Assembly (NCBI GenBank): GCA_963845535.1
Contig: CAWJSK010000012.1
Coordinates: 640,001 to 704,000 of the forward strand
Source: an uncultured Spirochaetota bacterium
GTDB taxonomy: Bacteria > Spirochaetota > Spirochaetia > SZUA-6 > Fen-1364
Direction: 5' to 3'
DNA: 64,000 nucleotides
The notes under the pieces were generated by a model, which saw only the letters and a program-made list of their open reading frames with translations, did no database searches and was not told the DNA's origin. Shown here piece by piece: positions 41,043 to 50,035 of the stretch. The position numbers and the translations under genes are program-made. Position 1 is the first letter of the stretch. Every line of letters starts with the position of its first letter.

Positions 41043-41713
41043 TCGAGATTTCAGAAGGATTGAGAAAGCTTTACCCGGGCGCGGTGCTCGGCGTCCTTGC
41101 CATGCGAGGGGCAAGAAACCCCGCGCGCCACGATGAGCTGGAAGACATGGGTGCGGCCGTGGAGGCACGGCTGCGGGACAAGTTCGCTGAGGGCGGAAAG
41201 CCCGCCCTCAAGGCGAATCCGGTGGTTGCAGCGTATGAGCGCTATTACAAAACCTTCCGAAAGACCTATCACGTCACCCTTCAGCTCGAATCCGTGATCT
41301 GGAAAGGCCGCAGCATCCCATCCGTCAGCGCAATCGTCAAGGCGATGTTCATGGCGGAGCTTTCCAACATGCTTTTGACCGCGGGGCACGACGTGGCAAA
41401 AGTGAAGCTTCCCCTCCGCCTTGGCGCGGGGGTCGGAACGGAAGCTTATGAAGCCCTTGGAGGGGAGCAGCGGATCGTCAAGGAAGGGGACATGTTCATC
41501 TCGGACTCAGGCGGCGTCATCTCGAGCATCCTCGGCGGCCCCGATCAGCGCACCTCCATCTCCGCGGATACGAAGGACCTGCTGTTCACGGTCTATGCGC
41601 CGCCCGGCATCGGTGAAGCGCTGGTCCTGTCCCACCTGGAGGACATCAGGCGATACATGACGATCATTGCCCCGGAGGCTTCCACGGAACGCGTGGAGAC
41701 CCACCTCGCATAG
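41039..41713 (+). CDS. Stand-alone B3/4 (PheRS beta editing-like) domain protein
   Basis: ATGA overlap with EamA. Motifs YPGAVLG, PVVAAY..YYK.F, LESV..G.SIPSVSAIV, TAGHD, GD..I.D..G.IS and QRTSI..DT...LF...APPG. Confidence 0.75.
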   Translation: MIEISEGLRKLYPGAVLGVLAMRGARNPARHDELEDMGAAVEARLRDKFAEGGKPALKANPVVAAYERYYKTFRKTYHVTLQLESVIWKGRSIPSVSAIVKAMFMAELSNMLLTAGHDVAKVKLPLRLGAGVGTEAYEALGGEQRIVKEGDMFISDSGGVISSILGGPDQRTSISADTKDLLFTVYAPPGIGEALVLSHLEDIRRYMTIIAPEASTERVETHLA

Positions 41714-41790
41714 GAGCCCAACAAGCCAAGCCAGCCCCCTCGCAACACTGCGCTGAATCGTGCATGATGGCCGCCACAGGAACAGCCTCT

Positions 41791-43182
41791 ATGAAAAAAA
41801 ACACGACCGAGATCACTCTCGGGCACATGTTCGCCATCGCCGCGCCCATGGTGGTATCCCAAGCTTCAGAAACCCTCATGCTGTTTTTCAACCGCTGGGT
41901 CGTCTCTTTCCTGGGAGCGGACCACATCCCGGCCTCCATGAGCGGCGGGCTCACCTCATTCGTCTTCACCTCGTTCTTTACGGGAATCACCGGCTACGTA
42001 AACGCGCTGGTGGCGCAGTACCACGGAGCCCAGCGGGAGGAGCGCTGCGTGCAGGTTGCCTCGCAGGGCTTCTGGCTCACCCTTGTCTTCTATCCCTTGC
42101 TTCTCCTCCTCATCCCGGCCGGGCACGGGCTTTTCATCTGGGCCGGGCACAGCCCCCGGCAGCTTTCCCTGGAGTTTTCCTACTACCGCATCCTCATGCT
42201 GGGGTCGTTCATCTTCATGATCCAGAGCGTTCTGGTGGGCTACTTCGTGGGCCTGGGGAAAACCCGGGTCGTGATGGTGGCCAATCTGCTGGGGATCCTG
42301 GTGAACCTCCCTCTCAACTGGTGCCTCGTATTCGGCAAGTTGGGGTTCCCAAAGCTGGGGATCCAGGGTGCGGCGCTCGGAACGCTCGGGGGGTCGCTGT
42401 TCATTGTCGGCATCCTGCTGGTCTCCTACCTGCGAAGCGCGGGCTACCGTCAGCGGACCAGAAAGACGTCCGCCTGGGTCCCGCGCGCCGACCTCTTGAG
42501 AAAGCTCCTGAGATACGGTCTTCCCGCGGGAGCCGAGACCTTCATCAACGTCTTCGCTTTCAACGTGTTCGTGATGCTCATGCAATCCTACAGCGAGCAG
42601 GTGGCCGCCGCGGTCACCATCACGTTCAACTACGACCTGGTCTCCTTCATCCCCATGCTGGGTGTGGGCGCGGCCACGACCGCCCTGGTGGGACATCGAA
42701 TGGGAGCCGGTGATCCCGTGGGCGCCCGTAAAGTGGCTTTCCTGGGCCTGAGGCTCGGTTGGGGATACGCGGCGTTCATTGGCATTGTGTTCGTGGTGGG
42801 AGCCCCGGTTCTTGTCCGGTTCTTCTCAGGAGGCTTCACGACGCAGGACCAGTCCATTCTGCCCATTGCCCAGATGCTGCTCAGGATGGCAGCTCTCTAC
42901 ACCATGGCGGATGCCGCCAACGTGGTTTTCAGCGGCGCCCTTCGCGGGGCGGGAGACACACGGTGGGTCATGATGGTCTCCGGCCTGCTTCACTGGACAA
43001 TGGCATGCGGCGCCTACGTATTCATCAAGGTCCTCGTGCTTCCACCGGAGGTCGTGTGGCTTTTCTTCATTCTCTTCGTTTTTTCCATGTGCTTCGCCAT
43101 GTTCCTGCGGCACCGGCGAGGGAAATGGATGAGCATCCGGCTGGTGGAAAGCCAGGCAGTCGGGGCCGTGGGACCGGCATGA
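41791..43182 (+). CDS. MATE family efflux transporter
   Basis: About 12 TM segments; AQYHGA, VNLPLNWCLVFGKLGFPKLGIQGAAL and SGALRGAGDT. Confidence 0.93.
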   Translation: MKKNTTEITLGHMFAIAAPMVVSQASETLMLFFNRWVVSFLGADHIPASMSGGLTSFVFTSFFTGITGYVNALVAQYHGAQREERCVQVASQGFWLTLVFYPLLLLLIPAGHGLFIWAGHSPRQLSLEFSYYRILMLGSFIFMIQSVLVGYFVGLGKTRVVMVANLLGILVNLPLNWCLVFGKLGFPKLGIQGAALGTLGGSLFIVGILLVSYLRSAGYRQRTRKTSAWVPRADLLRKLLRYGLPAGAETFINVFAFNVFVMLMQSYSEQVAAAVTITFNYDLVSFIPMLGVGAATTALVGHRMGAGDPVGARKVAFLGLRLGWGYAAFIGIVFVVGAPVLVRFFSGGFTTQDQSILPIAQMLLRMAALYTMADAANVVFSGALRGAGDTRWVMMVSGLLHWTMACGAYVFIKVLVLPPEVVWLFFILFVFSMCFAMFLRHRRGKWMSIRLVESQAVGAVGPA

Positions 43183-43189
43183 CGGACGC

Positions 43190-44218
43190 ATGAAGATACC
43201 GGCATTCAAGACGGCGCCCGTGTTTCAGCCCCGTCCATGGGGCGGCCGGGCCATGGCCGAAAAGCTGGGCAAGACCATCCCCGATGGGCCCGTGGGAGAG
43301 TCCTGGGAAATCTCCGCGCACCCCAACGGCGTCTGCCGCGTGTCCGGCGGCCCGCTGGACGGAACTCCGCTGGATGAGCTTGTGCGCCGGGCCGGCGCGG
43401 ACCTCCTGGGAGCCCGGGCAGCAAAGAAGTATGGGGATAGTTTCCCCCTTCTTGTGAAGTTGGTGGATGCCAACGCGCTGGCCTCTGTGCAGGTCCATCC
43501 AAACGATGAACAGGCCAGGCGGCTGGAAAGCTACCCCTGGGGCAAGACGGAGGCGTGGTACATCATCCATCGCGCTCCAGACGCACGGTTTCACATTGGC
43601 CTGGCGCCGGATGTCACCCCCGCAACCTTCCGCGAAGCCCTCGAATCCGGCGGCGCAAGCCAGCTTCTGGCTTCCTCCGACGCGAAGCCGGGGGACTGCA
43701 TCCTGGTCCCTCCCGGCACGGTCCACGCCGTTGGACAGGGCGTCCTCTTCCTGGAGATCCAGCAGAGCTCGGACATCACCTATCGCGTGTACGACTGGGA
43801 CCGCAAGGACGAGCAGGGAAGGCCCCGTGAGCTTCACATCGACAAGGCAATGCAAGTCATCGACTTCGCCGCCCGGCCACGGATCTTCCGCGCTCCCCGG
43901 CGGGACGACACAATGGGGCGCATCCTGGGGGGCAACCAGTTCGAGGTCTTCGAAGCGCGAGTTGTCTCCGGCATGGACGTGCCTGCCCGCGCATCCTGCC
44001 TTGCGGGCACGGTGGTGGAGGGTGAGATGCGCCTCCTGGCCGCGGGCGCGCGCCTGGACCTTCGCTGCGGTGACAGCTTCATGATCCCCGCCGGCACCCA
44101 ATGCCGGCTCGAGCGCTCAACCAGGTTTTCGCGGACGCCGGTCCCCGGCCGCGCATCGCGCGGCATCGACTCACGCGGCGCGTCTCCCGCGGTTGTCGTC
44201 ATCACGTACATCGTCTGA
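43190..44218 (+). CDS. manA: Type I mannose-6-phosphate isomerase
   Basis: Motifs WGG, GESWEISAHP, FPLLVK, SVQVHP, GKTEAW, PGTVHA, EIQQSSDITYRVYDW and RELH. Confidence 0.9.
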   Translation: MKIPAFKTAPVFQPRPWGGRAMAEKLGKTIPDGPVGESWEISAHPNGVCRVSGGPLDGTPLDELVRRAGADLLGARAAKKYGDSFPLLVKLVDANALASVQVHPNDEQARRLESYPWGKTEAWYIIHRAPDARFHIGLAPDVTPATFREALESGGASQLLASSDAKPGDCILVPPGTVHAVGQGVLFLEIQQSSDITYRVYDWDRKDEQGRPRELHIDKAMQVIDFAARPRIFRAPRRDDTMGRILGGNQFEVFEARVVSGMDVPARASCLAGTVVEGEMRLLAAGARLDLRCGDSFMIPAGTQCRLERSTRFSRTPVPGRASRGIDSRGASPAVVVITYIV

Positions 44219-44286
44219 CCGCTGTCGGTATTTCTCACCGTGGTTTTCGCGCGCTTACCAGATTGGATGCCGCCCACGGGCCTCCA

Positions 44287-44799
44287 TCAGTACTTCTTGA
44301 GGGAGAATTGCGCAGGCGTCTCTCCTGACAGGCAAAAACCGCTGGACAGCATGAGAGAAACAAGGTTCGTGTTATCCTTGTACAACAGCTTTCCCTCCGG
44401 CGTCAGGATGCGATGGATCTCGTTCAGGACAGATTCCTTCCTTTCGATGTCATGAAGCGCATAGTAAAGAAGCACAACATCGACGGATTCCGCCTCCAGC
44501 CCCGTGTCGCAGTCCGAGTTGATCACGCGGACGTTGGCCAACCCCTGCCTGCGGGCTTCTCTTTCCACCGTTATGAGCGCCAGCGGGTGTACGTCCACGG
44601 CGTAGACGGCTCCCTGGCTGCCGACAATCTCCGCCGCAGGCAGCGTGTACCTCCCCGGCCCGCAGCCAAAATCAAGCAGCTTCATCCCTGGCCGAATCCC
44701 CGCTGCTTCCAGCTCCTGTCGGATCGAGTCGGAGCTGGACTTGAGCCTGTATTCCAGCGCCATCAGCTTGAACCATAAATCATTCATCTTCCTCTGCAT
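44287..44799 (-). CDS. Class I SAM-dependent methyltransferase (small)
   Basis: LLDFGCGPG motif I, VYAVD, LHD and EIHRILTPEG. Confidence 0.85.
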   Translation of the reverse strand: MQRKMNDLWFKLMALEYRLKSSSDSIRQELEAAGIRPGMKLLDFGCGPGRYTLPAAEIVGSQGAVYAVDVHPLALITVEREARRQGLANVRVINSDCDTGLEAESVDVVLLYYALHDIERKESVLNEIHRILTPEGKLLYKDNTNLVSLMLSSGFCLSGETPAQFSLKKY

Positions 44800-44888
44800 T
44801 ACGTCCTCCGTTTGAGTGTTCGGAGAGCAGACGATGAGAAGGGCCAGATATTTCACGCCGAAGGTTTATGGACCGGCGCCGACCTTTC

Positions 44889-45971
44889 TCACCACAGCAG
44901 TGTCTCTTCCTCTACCGGAAGCCTCTCCGTCACCGGCAGGAGCTTCGCGAACGGCGCATGAGGCTCCGTCTGGTACCAGTACGCCGTGCTGGACCAGTCG
45001 TCAGAGCGGTGGTTTGCATGGCCATGCTCGATGGTCACGCGGATGGACTTCTCGAACATGACGGGGTCCTGGATGTGGTAGCGATAGTAGCTGATCTTGC
45101 CCTTCCAGTTGTCCCGTCCTCCGAGGATCAGGCCATGGTAGGGCGCACTGTACTCCTGCTGCGGGCACCAGCCCATGTTCACATAGTCTTCCGTTCCCGT
45201 CCCATGCAGTGACGGCGGCCAGCGCTCGCCGTCTATGAAGATCATGTCGTCCCCTTCACCCGGCCAGTCCCACTTCGCTGACTTCCTCAGGTTGTGGATG
45301 TTGATGTTGCATCCCACGTAGTGGCCGGCGCCTTTCGCCTCCAGGATGACATAGTTGCCTTCACCGGTGGTGTTCTGCCCTTCGAAGCTCCATTCCCTGT
45401 TGGGAACGCCTTCGTCCGGGATGCCTTTTGTCGGGCATTCCCTGTGCCACTGCGCGTGAAAGCGCAGGAGGTCGCCGGGCAGTTCGCTCCACCCTTCGTA
45501 GTCGATGTAATAGTAGAAGATAAGGAGCGTGTCACACTCGTTGGTGACCTGGAGTCGCGCGCCGGAGGCAAACGGCATGGGGAACCACGAATTGAACGCC
45601 TTTCCATCCTGGGGGCTCATCTGCAGCGGCGCTGAGACAAAGTTGCGGCACTGCGCGTGGCCCATTCCGAAAAAGTCTCCTATCGGTCCTTCCACGCTCG
45701 GGGATTGCTCCCCGTCCCAGTACATTCGAAGGATCACTTTGCGCAGGGAGTTTTTCTCCGGAACGAATCCTTCGTTCATGAATGAGCACCAGATGTGAGT
45801 TATGCAGCCCGCTCCCGCGATGTCTGCTATCGTTGCCGTATCCCCGGGCTTCACGTATATGCGGTCGTCGTTCCCGCCCTTCCTGTCGTAGCTGGAAATC
45901 CTCAAGCGCCTCCCGGACCTGCGCCACGCAAGCGTTTCAAGAGAGGAAACAATGGGAACCATCACGGCCAT
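44889..45971 (-). CDS. DUF2961 / glycoside hydrolase family 172 protein
   Basis: Motifs SSYDRKGGNDD, GCITHIW, YWDGE..PSVE.PIGDFFG, PMPF, WPGEGDD, GTGTEDY, YRYH..DP..F and IEHGH. No signal peptide. Confidence 0.92.
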   Translation of the reverse strand: MAVMVPIVSSLETLAWRRSGRRLRISSYDRKGGNDDRIYVKPGDTATIADIAGAGCITHIWCSFMNEGFVPEKNSLRKVILRMYWDGEQSPSVEGPIGDFFGMGHAQCRNFVSAPLQMSPQDGKAFNSWFPMPFASGARLQVTNECDTLLIFYYYIDYEGWSELPGDLLRFHAQWHRECPTKGIPDEGVPNREWSFEGQNTTGEGNYVILEAKGAGHYVGCNINIHNLRKSAKWDWPGEGDDMIFIDGERWPPSLHGTGTEDYVNMGWCPQQEYSAPYHGLILGGRDNWKGKISYYRYHIQDPVMFEKSIRVTIEHGHANHRSDDWSSTAYWYQTEPHAPFAKLLPVTERLPVEEETLLW

Positions 45972-45983
45972 ACCGCCACCTCC

Positions 45984-48137
45984 TCAACGAGATTCCAGGG
46001 GCTCCACGCGAACCTCGTTCGCGGATATGCATCCCTGGGTGCACACCAGGGCAATGCCCCCGGCATCCAGAGGCTCGTCATCATCCACGACGTCAAAGAT
46101 GACTTTCTCATCGATGCGTGCCGTGATCCTGGCTCCCTGGACGTCAATAGAAAAGCTGCGCCCCACCCCTTCTTTCCATTCACAGGGCGCAGTGCCAAGG
46201 ACGCGCGTCCCGCGAAACACTTTGCGAAGCTCAGTCTTCCCGGCGGAGGTCACAACGAGCGCGTAGTAGCGCTGGAGCCCCTGCACGCGGACGGCAAGGC
46301 CAATATCCACGGCCATGTCCGACGCTATCACGGATGATACCCGGTAATCCCTCCAGTCATGCGCGCCGGTGATGTGCAGGCCAGTCCCGTGGTCCTGGGA
46401 AAGACGGAAAGCTTCCGGCCAGATCACGCCGTGGTGATCGAACGCATTCACCCAGGCGCGCCTCCAAAGCTCTCCGCCCCCGATGGGCTTCTTGAACGCT
46501 GCTCGCGGAGTGCCGGTCCAGCCCAGATAGTCGATGTAGACGATGCCGCCCTGGCCTGCGTCCCGGCTTGCGTCCCGGCCTGCGCCGAGGCCCGCTCCCA
46601 GCCCGGCCGCGGGAGTCAGCTCGATGCCCGCGGCGAATATTGGCTGCCCCTCGGTGTCGGGCAGGGTCCAGCGGATCACGGCGGACCCACCCGGCTGGAC
46701 AACCTGGGCAGGGGATGAGATCCGCTGCTGCGCGTCTTTCGGTCCGTACAGCTTTGCAATCGCGCTCACCGACACGGGAGCGGTGCTGCCTTTGTCTGCT
46801 TCGACTCTCACGGACATGATCTGCCCGGAGTAGAGAAGGGGGGAAGCGAGAAGTTGGTATTCTTTCATCACCAGGGCATCCGGCGGGATGAAAACAGGTG
46901 TCGTGACCCGAAGCCCCTGTTCCAGACGGTCGAACCGAACGGCCAGGCTGCGCGTGCCTTCCCGGCTGTGCCCTTCCACGTTCTGGATGCGCGCCACGGC
47001 GCCGTCATCGATTGTGAACCCCTGCACGGATCCCGGCAGCTCGAAATGAAACCGCGCCCCGCCTTTGGGAGCGGGCGCTGGTCCCTCTCCGGCCAGGGAC
47101 CGCCCGATTGCCACAATGTGGCTGGTCTCCGTGACGGCATCCGTGATGGCGCGGCCGCCATCCGCCGTGGGCATGAACATTCTGTCTGCAACGGGACCGC
47201 GCCATTCCTGCTGGCCCTCGAAAACGGAAAGCCCGTTCTTGATTCCAAGCAGGCAGCCCACATTGCCTGAATTGCAGTCCGTGTCCCAGCCCGACGTGTT
47301 GGCAATCATGAGGGATTTCTGCAGGTCCCCCTCTCCGAGCACCAGCGCCATGAGCACGACGGCGAAGTTCGACACAACGGGAACGTGACCGCCGTAGCGG
47401 GCATACCCGTGCTTCTCCTCGATCAGCGCCCGCGTTGTGCGCCACTCCGTGTCGCGCGCGCACCATTCGCGCACCTCGGCGGTCAGGCGCGTGATGGTGG
47501 AGTCCGCCGGGATCAGGCGCAGCGCGGAATCAATGAGACGGTTCATGTCACTCTCGGTGAAAGCCGCGGCCTCCATGGCGGCAATGACCTGCGCCGCGTA
47601 AACCGCCTCTCCATCATGGCTGACGCGCGCGGCTTCTCCAGCCAGTCGGGCCGCAAGCTCAGGATCTCCCGGGGAAACGAGCGCCCACCCGTCCGCGAAT
47701 ATCTCTGCCCCGATCTGCTCGGAGACGATCCTCCCGTTCAGCTCCCGTGATCCGCTTCGAGGCGCCTGGACGCCGTCCTTGAGGCGGAGGAACGCGGTGT
47801 GCTCCGTGGATTCGCCCATCCCCCCCCACCAGAGGATTGTTTTTCCTTCAATGATGTAGTTGAGCCAGGCCTGGCCGATCTCCCGCGCGGACAGGTCAGG
47901 GCGGTTTGCGTTGTCCGGGAGCGCGCGAAGGAACGTGAATGTCCCCGTTATGTCGTCATCCGTGACCACGAGGGGCTGCCCGAGCCTGTCATGCACGTAG
48001 CCGGTGATATCCCCCAGCTCCCGCGTGATGCGTTGATGGCTCCAACCCTCGAATGGCCGGCCAAGGTACACGCCGATGATCTTTCCCAGAACACCCGCGT
48101 ACACGCGCTCCCGATAATCGTCAGGCAGCTTCATCAC
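45984..48137 (-). CDS. Large ADP-ribosylglycohydrolase-family protein with C-terminal beta-sandwich/lectin-like extension
   Basis: Motifs GVLGKIIGVYLGRPFEGW, VTDDD, EQIGAEIFAD, SHDGEA and GWDTDCN.GN.G, followed by about 350 aa of beta-rich sequence. Confidence 0.88.
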   Translation of the reverse strand: MMKLPDDYRERVYAGVLGKIIGVYLGRPFEGWSHQRITRELGDITGYVHDRLGQPLVVTDDDITGTFTFLRALPDNANRPDLSAREIGQAWLNYIIEGKTILWWGGMGESTEHTAFLRLKDGVQAPRSGSRELNGRIVSEQIGAEIFADGWALVSPGDPELAARLAGEAARVSHDGEAVYAAQVIAAMEAAAFTESDMNRLIDSALRLIPADSTITRLTAEVREWCARDTEWRTTRALIEEKHGYARYGGHVPVVSNFAVVLMALVLGEGDLQKSLMIANTSGWDTDCNSGNVGCLLGIKNGLSVFEGQQEWRGPVADRMFMPTADGGRAITDAVTETSHIVAIGRSLAGEGPAPAPKGGARFHFELPGSVQGFTIDDGAVARIQNVEGHSREGTRSLAVRFDRLEQGLRVTTPVFIPPDALVMKEYQLLASPLLYSGQIMSVRVEADKGSTAPVSVSAIAKLYGPKDAQQRISSPAQVVQPGGSAVIRWTLPDTEGQPIFAAGIELTPAAGLGAGLGAGRDASRDAGQGGIVYIDYLGWTGTPRAAFKKPIGGGELWRRAWVNAFDHHGVIWPEAFRLSQDHGTGLHITGAHDWRDYRVSSVIASDMAVDIGLAVRVQGLQRYYALVVTSAGKTELRKVFRGTRVLGTAPCEWKEGVGRSFSIDVQGARITARIDEKVIFDVVDDDEPLDAGGIALVCTQGCISANEVRVEPLESR

Positions 48138-48220
48138 AGGCCTCCCCGCGCGCCGGGGACTGTACCACGGCCACAGCCTCTTGCGCGAGCGCCTGAACTG
48201 AGATTACACTTTTCTCCCCC

Positions 48221-50035
48221 ATGAGGGCCATGCTGCAAATGCTGTTGAGCTTACGCCCTGCATTCAGGAACATCCCTATCAAAAGAAAGCTCGTCATCAC
48301 TTTTGCGGTCTTCTTCATGATCCCTTTTCTGCTCAGCAGCCTCGTGTTCTACGTCATCTCCACGGGTGACATCACGCGCCGGGAGTACGATCGTTCCCGA
48401 GAGACGCTGAAGCTGTTCCAGAACAGCGTGGAGGCGCAACTGCGGGAGAGCGCTGACCACAGCGAGGAGATCTACAACGACCCGCGGATCTTCGCGCCCA
48501 TGGGTGAGAAAGTCCCCGATAGGTTCGATGATTTCCAGCTCTTCCAGATGCAGCAAGCCTTGCAGAGCTTCCGCGCCAATCAGAACCATCTGGAGTCGGC
48601 GTACCTCTTTTTCCCCAACGGGCAGTACGTCTTTGCCGACACCTCGGGCGGCGGCCGGTTTGCCGGTATTTTCCTGCAGCATCCGGAGTGGAAAGACGCC
48701 ATCCGGGCCCTGGATGGCCAGGCATACTGGATAGCGAGCCTCACCCTCCCGAGCCTCCATGACCCGCCGGAGCCCATCTACTTCGTGTCATTCGGCAGGG
48801 TGTTGAGAGACATCTATTCCAGCACCTTCTTCACCGCGGGAATCCTGGTGGTGAACCTCAAGTCCCAGGTTTTCGATGACATCGGAAAATCCAATGAGCT
48901 GAGCGGCAACGGCCTCGTCATCGTCACCGACAGGGAAGACAACCTTGTCTGGTGCGCCAACCGGGAATGGTACCAGAACGTGGCGGGCGCATACGGGCTC
49001 CTCCCGCGGCTGGAAGCGCGCGGGGACGACACGCTTCGAAAAGAAAACATCCAGGGAAAGACGTATTTCGCCGTCTATATCACGTCCACGTACAACCACT
49101 GGCACTATGTTGCGCTGATCCCGGAGTCGGACATCCTGAGCCAGGCCCGGGGGCTGCGCGGCTACTTCGCCGCGATCCTCGTGCTGTGCCTTGTCCTTTC
49201 CGCGCTGGGCGCGGCCGTCATCAACCGGTACGTGACCGGGCCCATCGAGCGGCTCATCGTCTCCATGAACCAGATGGGACGTGACCCCGCGCCCCGCTCG
49301 CGCCCGCCGGAGTCGGAGGACGAGATCGGCTTCCTCTCCAAGAGCTTCAACGCGATGTCCGCGCGCATTGCCAACCTCCTGCGGGAAACCGAAAACGCGC
49401 ACCAGCGGGAAAAGGAGCACGAGATCCGCGCCCTTCAGGCGCAGATCGACCCGCACTTCCTCTCGAACACGCTGGACACCATCAACTGGATTGCCCGGGA
49501 AAGGAGCGAGCAGAAGATCAGCAGGATGCTGACAGCCCTGTCGCGTATACTGCAATATTCGATCTCTGACGGCCGGCCGGTGACCTGGCGGGATGAAATA
49601 CAGTGGCTCACGAATTACGTGTTCCTTCAGCAGACGCGCTACGAAAGCAGGCTCGAGGTCCGCTATGACATCGATCCGCGGGTCCTCGACCTCGCCACCA
49701 TCCACCTTCTCCTCCAGCCTTTCGTCGAAAACGCCATTGAGCATGGCTTCCGGGCGCGCCAGGGGGAGGGCACCATCGTCATCCGCGGAGCTCTCGAGAA
49801 CGGGTGCGTCAGCATGGAGATTTCAGACAACGGGTGCGGAATAACCGAGGCGAAAATCGACGAGATTTTCAGCGGCAAGCTGAAAGACAACGGGGGGCCG
49901 GAGGGGATCGGGATATTCAACGTCCATGAAAGGATCCGCCTGCGGTACGGTCCTCCCTTCGGCGTAACCCTGACGCAACGGCCGCAGGGAGGGACTCTCG
50001 TGCGCATCTCCTTTCCGGCCATTGGGAAGGAGTAA
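48221..50035 (+). CDS. YesM-like sensor histidine kinase (Cache, HAMP, His_kinase)
   Basis: Two TM segments; DEIGFL..SFN; LQAQIDPHFLSNTL; LQPFVENAIEHG; DNGCG; GIGIFNV. Confidence 0.93.
   Translation: MRAMLQMLLSLRPAFRNIPIKRKLVITFAVFFMIPFLLSSLVFYVISTGDITRREYDRSRETLKLFQNSVEAQLRESADHSEEIYNDPRIFAPMGEKVPDRFDDFQLFQMQQALQSFRANQNHLESAYLFFPNGQYVFADTSGGGRFAGIFLQHPEWKDAIRALDGQAYWIASLTLPSLHDPPEPIYFVSFGRVLRDIYSSTFFTAGILVVNLKSQVFDDIGKSNELSGNGLVIVTDREDNLVWCANREWYQNVAGAYGLLPRLEARGDDTLRKENIQGKTYFAVYITSTYNHWHYVALIPESDILSQARGLRGYFAAILVLCLVLSALGAAVINRYVTGPIERLIVSMNQMGRDPAPRSRPPESEDEIGFLSKSFNAMSARIANLLRETENAHQREKEHEIRALQAQIDPHFLSNTLDTINWIARERSEQKISRMLTALSRILQYSISDGRPVTWRDEIQWLTNYVFLQQTRYESRLEVRYDIDPRVLDLATIHLLLQPFVENAIEHGFRARQGEGTIVIRGALENGCVSMEISDNGCGITEAKIDEIFSGKLKDNGGPEGIGIFNVHERIRLRYGPPFGVTLTQRPQGGTLVRISFPAIGKE

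Noticed and set aside
40292..41713. 473-aa ORF suggesting a long B3/4 fusion, and a possible guanidine riboswitch for the B3/4-MATE genes
   Set aside because: The N-terminal part is an off-frame shadow of EamA (real start 41039), and no guanidine riboswitch consensus was recognised in 40005-40100 or 41714-41790.
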